Positions 58,658-64,000 of a stretch of DNA of 64,000 nt are shown here, one piece after another (position 1 is the stretch's first letter; each line of letters starts with the position of its first letter). Source of the DNA: Nitrososphaerota archaeon (GTDB lineage: Archaea; Thermoproteota; Nitrososphaeria_A; Caldarchaeales; Calditenuaceae); the NCBI GenBank assembly GCA_038741355.1, contig JAVYLC010000002.1, positions 8,738-72,737 on the forward strand, given 5' to 3'. The position numbers and the translations under genes were made by a program. The notes under the pieces are model-generated. The model saw only the letters and a program-made list of their open reading frames with translations, did no database searches and had not been told where the DNA came from.

Positions 58658-58826
58658 CTTACCGTACAGACAGTCATCCGATAAGCCAAGAGGTTCGCAT
58701 AAAGGCCTGTATATGCTTATTGTGTTCGTCGCGATGTTTATTATCTGCCGTGCCAGCCTATATTTTTCTCTACGAACGGTGTTGATGGATTCCAGGATTC
58801 TCCCCGCTGTTTCATCATCTTGAGCA

Positions 58827-59066
58827 GTGCTTGTTTCGCATAGTACTTCACCATTATCTTCATCAGCTCTATTTGGTCAGTGGATACTTCGACGAAGATT
58901 CACTTATAAAGATTATGAAGAGCCTCCGTCTATCCCTTCAGGCGTTCAGCCACAGTATGACAGGGGACAGTCATTCTGTAGCGTGTGTCATGAAACATTC
59001 GAGAACAGGGATAGATGTCCCCATTGTAACAGAGTATTAAGAAAAAAGAAATACAAACAACCCTAA
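58827..59066 (+). CDS. hypothetical small zinc-ribbon protein (uncertain)
   Basis: C-terminal CSVCHETFENRDRCPHC (CxxC-x10-CxxC). An alternative overlapping frame 58831-59040 also exists. Confidence 0.25.
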   Translation: MLVSHSTSPLSSSALFGQWILRRRFTYKDYEEPPSIPSGVQPQYDRGQSFCSVCHETFENRDRCPHCNRVLRKKKYKQP

Positions 59067-59147
59067 CAGACCAAGATAATAGTCGATATTATCTTAGGCC
59101 AGCGCCCTATCCATTCTAGGCCACGGGCCCGCCAACCCCATCCTAAG

Positions 59148-59885
59148 CTATCCTTTTCTCAAATAGTTAATCATGATATCTGGATAATCTGTGACAATGA
59201 CGTCCGCTCCCATACCCATCAGCCTCTCGGCCTCCTCCACCTCGTTGACCGTCCATACGGCAACGGTAAGTAGCCTCTGATGGGCTCGATAGATAATCTC
59301 TTTACATACGCGGCCCTGGTAGAGCGCGAGCGCGGTAGCTCCACATTCTAAGGCCCAGTATACTGGTAGCTCCTTACTGACTTCCTCGACTTCGTTGAGC
59401 CACCCAACTATCAGGCTCCTCCCAACCCTAGGCTCGATAGAGTAAGTATTCTTGATGACTTGTGGGTGGAAGCTTGAGATCAAGACCCAGTCTAAGGCTC
59501 CGCATTCTTTGATGACTTTTAGGACTGCCTCCTCATCACCCGGCTCCTTCACCTCGACGTGTAGCACAACCCTCCCACCCGTCTCGGCCAACACATCCTC
59601 CAGCCTAGGGACAGGCTCACCCCTAAACTCCTCACCCTTCCATGAGCCTGCATCGAGCCTCCTTATCACGGGCCAGGTCAAGTCCCTAACCCTTCCGCCC
59701 CCATTCGTTGTTCTCTCTACCGTTTCGTCGTGCATCAAGACAACTATGCCATCCTTAGTGGTCCGCGCATCTACCTCGATGCCGTCGACTCCCAGCCTCA
59801 ATGCTTCCTTAACGGCCCTCAAGGTATTCTCGGGGAATCTGCCTGAGAATCCTCTATGCGCGGTTATGAGGGGCTTAAGGGGCAT
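59148..59885 (-). CDS. ugpQ: glycerophosphodiester phosphodiesterase
   Basis: AHRGFSGRFPENTLRA...EVDARTTKDGIVVLMHDETVERTT is the GDPD catalytic signature (H-R...E.D...HD). Confidence 0.85.
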   Translation of the reverse strand: MPLKPLITAHRGFSGRFPENTLRAVKEALRLGVDGIEVDARTTKDGIVVLMHDETVERTTNGGGRVRDLTWPVIRRLDAGSWKGEEFRGEPVPRLEDVLAETGGRVVLHVEVKEPGDEEAVLKVIKECGALDWVLISSFHPQVIKNTYSIEPRVGRSLIVGWLNEVEEVSKELPVYWALECGATALALYQGRVCKEIIYRAHQRLLTVAVWTVNEVEEAERLMGMGADVIVTDYPDIMINYLRKG

Positions 59886-59944
59886 GCCTCAAGCCGCGGT
59901 CATGTTTCTCAGGCTTTTAGGCTTTTGCCATCCGTATACCAGAA

Positions 59945-60679
59945 TTACTCTACGAGTAGGAGCTCCGGCCTGGAGTTTATTCTCGGCTGTAGGCGCATCT
60001 GCCCGAGGCCTCGTGAGACATAGAGCCGGATTCCTCTGGCTAGGTGGTAAATCCCTCTACTGTACTTTGAGTTGGAGTAGAGTGTCACGCCGAATAAATT
60101 TATGCCACCGTGGGTGTGCCCCGCCAGCACTAGAGAGGCTTCCTCAACACTGTCTGCAGCGTTAGGGTCATGGGAGGCTATAAGACCATCGAAAGTTATG
60201 CGGGGATAAGCTCTATTTTCACTCCAGTCGTAGCCGTATACTCTGCCAATCGAGGTCTCTGTGAACTTGTTGAATAGTATTTTAAAGCCGCTCCTCCTCA
60301 GCAAAGTTACCGCTCTGCCCGCGTAGCCGCTCCAGTATTCATGGTTGCCCATAACAGCTATATCCTCACCACAGCAGATCATACCCAAGAACTCCTCTAA
60401 CCCCTCAAAGTCTCTTGTCTCCTCATCAACTAAGTCACCTCCTAAAACTATGATGTCTGGCTCAGCCCTTATTATCGCATCTGTCGCAGATTCAACACGC
60501 TTCTCTCCACGCGAGTAGTAGTGTAGGTCTGGGACAAAAGCTAGCCTTGCTCCAAGCCCTATTTCTAGACGTGTTATATCTAGCTCATTGTTGAGAGATG
60601 CAGCGGAGGATGCGGTCGCCCCAGCGGCAATTCCAAGGAGGGCTACACCTATGAAACCCCTTCTGGATAGGCGGCGCAA
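59945..60679 (-). CDS. secreted metallophosphoesterase (calcineurin-like), Tat-type signal
   Basis: The N-terminal RRGFIGVALLG is a twin-arginine motif. The GDLVD...GNHEY metallophosphatase motifs are present. Confidence 0.7.
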   Translation of the reverse strand: MRRLSRRGFIGVALLGIAAGATASSAASLNNELDITRLEIGLGARLAFVPDLHYYSRGEKRVESATDAIIRAEPDIIVLGGDLVDEETRDFEGLEEFLGMICCGEDIAVMGNHEYWSGYAGRAVTLLRRSGFKILFNKFTETSIGRVYGYDWSENRAYPRITFDGLIASHDPNAADSVEEASLVLAGHTHGGINLFGVTLYSNSKYSRGIYHLARGIRLYVSRGLGQMRLQPRINSRPELLLVE

Positions 60680-60684
60680 ATAGG

Positions 60685-62181
60685 CTAGCCCTTGACGACG
60701 CCTATTGGAACTAGCCTAGCAACTTTTGAGCTGATGCCTACATTGTGCGCGACCTCAACCACATCGTCAGGATTCTTATAGGCCTCCGGAACCTCTTCGA
60801 CGATTGTATCTATTGTGTCGCCCTTAACATATATTCCTCTGCTCTCGAGGGCGCGGACCACCTGGTCGCCTCGGTACTGTCTCTTCGCTCCTGCCCTGCT
60901 CATCTGCCTCCCGGCTCCATGTACGGTGCTGCCGAAGGTTAGGTCAAGTGACCCGGCTACACCCCTCAGGATCCAGCTTGCAGTCCCCATGCTTCCTGGA
61001 ACAAAGACTGGTTGGCCGAGACCCCTATAGGTTTCTGGAATCATGTCGGAGTAGTATGTTACGCCGCCTGGGAAGCTCCTCGTTGCGCCTTTCCTATGGA
61101 CAAAGACGTCTCTAGTTTCGCCATCAATCTTATGCCTTTCGAGCTTTACGATGTTGTGGCATACGTCGTACACTATTCTCAGATCCATCTCCTCTGCGGG
61201 TCTCTTGAAGACCTGCTCGAAGCTCTGTCTAACCCAGTGGCTTATCGCTTGCCTATTGGCGAATGCGAAGTTGACGGCGCAGCCAAAAGCCTTGAGGTAC
61301 TGAGCCGCTTCGGGACTACTGGCTGGGGTGCAGGCCAGCTCCCTATCCGGTAGCCTGATATTATATTTGGAGACAGCCCGCTCCATTACTTTTAGATAGT
61401 CGCTGCAGATCTGATGCCCGTATCCTCGGCTCCCACAGTGTATCAGTATTGTTATCTGGCCTTCAGTGTAAATCCCCATGGCCTCGGCCGCCTCCCTATC
61501 AAAGATTCTATCAACCTTCTGGATCTCGAGGAAATGGTTTCCACTTCCAAGCGTGCCTATCTGGGACTCTCCCCTGCTTTTTGCCTCTCGCGAGACGACA
61601 GAGGGATCTGGGTCTGGTATGTTTCCTGTACGATATCTCGGGTATTTTCCCTCTTCCTCGATGTGTTTATAGTCTTCATGCCATCCAAGGCCGTATCTCT
61701 CAACAACATACCTCGCGCCCTCAACAGCTATTCTGTCTAAGTCAGAGTGGGTGACGACGAAGTCTCTTCTCCTTGACCCCAGCCCTGCGGGGACGTTTCT
61801 GAAAATAGTGTTGATAAGCTCCGTGATCTTGGGTCTAACATCCTTCTCTGTAAGGCTCGTCACCATAAGCCGGACACCGCAGTTGATATCATAGCCCACC
61901 CCGCCAGGCGATATCACCCCCTCCACCGAATCCATCGCCGCGACACCCCCAATCGGGAATCCATATCCTTCATGGGCGTCTGGGAGCACTGCGACGTGTT
62001 TTTGGACACCGGGCAGAGTGGCCACGTTCACCCCCTGGAGAAGCGTACGGTCACCCTGCATTTTCTGGAGCAGTTTCTCCGATGCGAGGACATAGACAGG
62101 CACCCTCATGTCACTCCGGTGGTCCTGTGGTATGAGCCAGATATACTCGCCGATCCTTTGTAGTGGTATTCGCGCGCTCAT
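60685..62181 (-). CDS. rtcB: RNA-splicing ligase RtcB (tRNA exon ligase)
   Basis: 498 aa. The LPDAHEGYGFPIGGVAA metal-site motif and the conserved RtcB C-terminal region are present. Confidence 0.9.
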   Translation of the reverse strand: MSARIPLQRIGEYIWLIPQDHRSDMRVPVYVLASEKLLQKMQGDRTLLQGVNVATLPGVQKHVAVLPDAHEGYGFPIGGVAAMDSVEGVISPGGVGYDINCGVRLMVTSLTEKDVRPKITELINTIFRNVPAGLGSRRRDFVVTHSDLDRIAVEGARYVVERYGLGWHEDYKHIEEEGKYPRYRTGNIPDPDPSVVSREAKSRGESQIGTLGSGNHFLEIQKVDRIFDREAAEAMGIYTEGQITILIHCGSRGYGHQICSDYLKVMERAVSKYNIRLPDRELACTPASSPEAAQYLKAFGCAVNFAFANRQAISHWVRQSFEQVFKRPAEEMDLRIVYDVCHNIVKLERHKIDGETRDVFVHRKGATRSFPGGVTYYSDMIPETYRGLGQPVFVPGSMGTASWILRGVAGSLDLTFGSTVHGAGRQMSRAGAKRQYRGDQVVRALESRGIYVKGDTIDTIVEEVPEAYKNPDDVVEVAHNVGISSKVARLVPIGVVKG

Positions 62182-62309
62182 TTTAGAATCCTGAGGTAAA
62201 AAGCCCAGTTGTCTTATTTAAGTTGGAATTTTTGACACGTCTGCCTAAAAGTTTCTATATAGTCTATATATAAGAATATAGGATATATCTTGCCACATAG
62301 CCTATTTAC

Positions 62310-63011
62310 ATGATGGCCATGCCCCAGTCTGAGTTAACTATACCACTAGCAGGGGCTTTAGCCGGGCTCGTATATGGGCTGGTGGGACTGGGCTGGGGTG
62401 GCGTTGTATTTAGGACTCTACTCTTGACGGGTGTAGCTCCTAGGCAGGCCCTCTCAACCGCCCTTCTCTCAGATGTTATCCTTAACGTGGGTGGAAAACT
62501 ATACCCAGTCGGGAAAACTGAGGAGAAGGGCTCTGCAAAAGATGCCACATTCTCTGGCCTGACACTATTAACGACTCTACTGGTCAGCGCAGCGACCATA
62601 GGCTACATAGAGACACCCTATGAGAAGCATTTGGGCGCCGCGCTAAATCTGCTTCTTGCATTCCTCCATGCCACACAATGGAATGGAGGAAAGGGAGGTG
62701 TATCAGTACTCTCACATAGTTCTTCATGTGTTGCCTTGGGCAGGAGTGGTTGGCGGCTAAACCTGTATCCCCGTCTTATTCAGCGCTCAAGACCTTTGCA
62801 ACTATTGACCATCTTGCCCAGAATACTCATCCTCGAACTTCTGCTACCACTACATGAGGAGAACGTGCTCCATGCTCTTTTGCTATCAGCTCCGGCACTA
62901 CCCACGCTATGGATAGCAAGGAGAGTAAGAGAATGGATTGGTGAAGAAGTGCTGGGCTGGCTGGCGGTGATAGCCTTCGCCCTCAAAGGGTTAACTAGCC
63001 TCATCACATAA
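62310..63011 (+). CDS. hypothetical membrane protein (first ~120 aa convincing; remainder low complexity)
   Basis: The N-terminal TM helices are G/A-rich. The C-terminal half is L-rich and may be out of frame. AT-rich promoter-like sequence ctatatataag lies at ~62262. Confidence 0.25.
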   Translation: MMAMPQSELTIPLAGALAGLVYGLVGLGWGGVVFRTLLLTGVAPRQALSTALLSDVILNVGGKLYPVGKTEEKGSAKDATFSGLTLLTTLLVSAATIGYIETPYEKHLGAALNLLLAFLHATQWNGGKGGVSVLSHSSSCVALGRSGWRLNLYPRLIQRSRPLQLLTILPRILILELLLPLHEENVLHALLLSAPALPTLWIARRVREWIGEEVLGWLAVIAFALKGLTSLIT

Positions 63012-63087
63012 CCTTACAGTCTGTATAATGGGTGGGCTGGCCCGCGGTTTATCAAGCATAAATATTGCCGCATGTCATCTCCTGTCT

Positions 63088-63252
63088 GTGGCAAAGATCC
63101 GGACGCCAAAGAAGCGGAAGTTTGGGAAAGGTGTGGCAACCTGTAGGCGTTGTGGTACTAGTGTAGGGGTGATCAGAAAGTATAAGCTATACCTTTGTAG
63201 GCGTTGCATAAACGAGGTTGCCCCCGCGATAGGGTTCAAAGTCTACAACTAG
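63088..63252 (+). CDS. rps14: 30S ribosomal protein uS14 (S14 type Z, zinc-binding)
   Basis: From the GTG at 63088 it is 54 aa: AKIRTPKKRKFGKGVATCRRCGTSVGVIRKYKLYLCRRCINEVAPAIGFKVYN. This matches the archaeal S14 CxxC...CxxC pattern and length. The track ORF starts at 63028. Confidence 0.6.
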   Translation: MAKIRTPKKRKFGKGVATCRRCGTSVGVIRKYKLYLCRRCINEVAPAIGFKVYN

Positions 63253-63991
63253 GCAAGGGTGGCGGCCTCAACCCCTCAAAGATATAGGATAGCTCAAGCT
63301 CCTTTATCGAGCCTTCAACCGCCCTCCTAGCAACATCAAGGAACATATTCGACCTCGCAGTTAGCTCAGTCAAATAGGCTAGCAGGCTCTGGCTACGGTC
63401 TCCCTTGCTCAGCCAATTCTCAGCTATCTTGACACTTAGAAGGGCAGAAGCTGTTAAGTGGTCTCCTATCCAGGGCGGCTTCACAAGCCCGCTCCGCATC
63501 CCGGCATATAGTAGGGGCATTATGCCCAAATCGACATCTTTGCCTAGTGGGAGTGTGGTTCTGCATAGGCCGCTGGGGCGTCTAATCTCTCCGCCTACTT
63601 GGACATGTGTCTTTAGCCTACTATGAGGCACGGTGAGGAGAATGGATGGTCCCGAGAGGTCCAAGAGAGCATCCTTCCCCGTTGACAGTGAAGTATGAAT
63701 AACAACATCCCCACCTGTCACCTTCTCCTGTTCAGTATCTATCAATACTTTGGCGGAGCCTTCGAGCCTTTCACCAGCCCTAGTCAAGACTACGTACTCA
63801 ACGCCTTCCCCCTTCTTCCGCCATCTTACATCCCTGCACCAATTCTCTACCACCCCCCCACCAATCGACAATAATTGCTCAGAGATCTTTCTAGCATCCC
63901 CTACACAGACCTTAATGGCTGGATAAAATCTGCCGCAAAAACTCTCCGAGGTCCTAAGCAAAATTTTATGCTCCTCTGAAAACTCATTCAC
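63236..63991 (-). CDS. hypothetical protein (possibly truncated by the window end)
   Basis: 251-aa ORF running to the window edge. No motif recognised. Overlaps the rps14 3' end convergently. Confidence 0.3.
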   Translation of the reverse strand: MNEFSEEHKILLRTSESFCGRFYPAIKVCVGDARKISEQLLSIGGGVVENWCRDVRWRKKGEGVEYVVLTRAGERLEGSAKVLIDTEQEKVTGGDVVIHTSLSTGKDALLDLSGPSILLTVPHSRLKTHVQVGGEIRRPSGLCRTTLPLGKDVDLGIMPLLYAGMRSGLVKPPWIGDHLTASALLSVKIAENWLSKGDRSQSLLAYLTELTARSNMFLDVARRAVEGSIKELELSYIFEGLRPPPLPSCRL

Positions 63992-64000
63992 ACCCAGCTT

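Noticed and set aside
58143-58700. Possibility that an SSV-type integrase N-fragment (intN) sits at this tRNA-Arg(CCG), the classic SSV1 attachment tRNA
   Set aside because: No integrase-like sequence was recognised. The only same-frame ORFs upstream of the tRNA are separated by at least two stop codons, at 58427-58429 and 58406-58408. The 76-aa ORF has no int motifs. This is a coincidence of tRNA identity only.
59122-59131. 10-bp exact copy (acgggcccgc) of the tRNA 3'-end sequence ~980 bp away, considered as an att-site direct repeat
   Set aside because: It is too short to be meaningful. It also lies on the 5' side of the tRNA, whereas an integrated element and its attR copy should lie on the 3' side.
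58250-59147. Considered whether this ORF-poor, structure-rich 900 bp encodes SRP (7S) RNA or RNase P RNA
   Set aside because: I could not find the conserved SRP helix-8 motif (GNAR tetraloop with the AGCAGC/GGUGA symmetric loop) or RNase P P4 sequences (AGGAAAGUCCGGGC / ACAGAACCCGGCUUA). It is left as an unclassified structured element.
62306-63007. Minus-strand ORFs 62306-62599 and 62780-63007 versus plus-strand ORF 62310-63011
   Set aside because: Coding strand could not be resolved from sequence alone. Only the plus-strand N-terminal ~120 aa looks protein-like (TM helices). The minus-strand frames are Ser/Pro/Ala-rich low complexity, so the plus strand was kept at low confidence.

Overview
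This 64 kb window looks like chromosomal DNA from an aerobic, thermophilic crenarchaeon (class Thermoprotei). The gene content points that way: RadA, a CDC48-type AAA ATPase, TiaS, RtcB, KEOPS Pcc1, heme O synthase, a membrane cupredoxin, an intron-bearing tRNA and an archaeal LAGLIDADG ORF. I cannot name the species from sequence alone. There are no rRNA genes and no CRISPR array. Genes are tightly packed, and many adjacent genes overlap by 1-60 bp, which suggests translational coupling.

Three regions stand out.

(1) Positions ~1-35 kb are core metabolism, on a roughly 55-58 % GC background judged by eye. Genes include an ABC sugar importer plus a GH4 glycosidase, aldehyde dehydrogenase, agmatinase, spermidine synthase, pyruvoyl AdoMet decarboxylase, TiaS, HisC, a geranylgeranyl-reductase family enzyme, CDC48, a membrane cupredoxin operon, phosphoglucomutase, and a 4-gene Gfo/Idh/MocA + TIM-barrel + aldo-keto-reductase cluster.

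(2) Positions 35.4-43.3 kb hold an 8-gene heme operon on the minus strand: hemA-hemC-hemD-hemB-hemL-hemE, then a small HemJ-like membrane protein and an AhbD/NirJ-like SPASM radical-SAM gene. This suggests a hybrid or non-canonical route for the late steps of heme synthesis.

(3) Positions ~43.7-57.05 kb form a low-GC island (~37-43 % GC in sampled lines). It begins with two nested IS6-family elements that share the 8-bp target-site duplication TTAACATT. It carries a wHTH regulator, multi-TM proteins, a B12-binding radical SAM, and a processive GT2 glycosyltransferase (QxxRW motif) whose C-terminal membrane module is duplicated as a separate downstream gene. It also carries a 1215-aa bacterial-type fused indolepyruvate:ferredoxin oxidoreductase. 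The island ends ~1.1 kb from an intron-containing tRNA-Arg(CCG). A two-motif LAGLIDADG homing-endonuclease-like ORF with no canonical start codon converges on that tRNA and overlaps it antisense.

Other items: an IS200/IS605 TnpB pseudogene with multiple frameshifts next to radA; a ~150-nt block of nested inverted repeats upstream of the tRNA; RtcB, a metallophosphoesterase and a glycerophosphodiester phosphodiesterase; and a standalone uS14 gene with a GTG start.

Every product call rests on motifs read from the six-frame ORF track. No database search was run.
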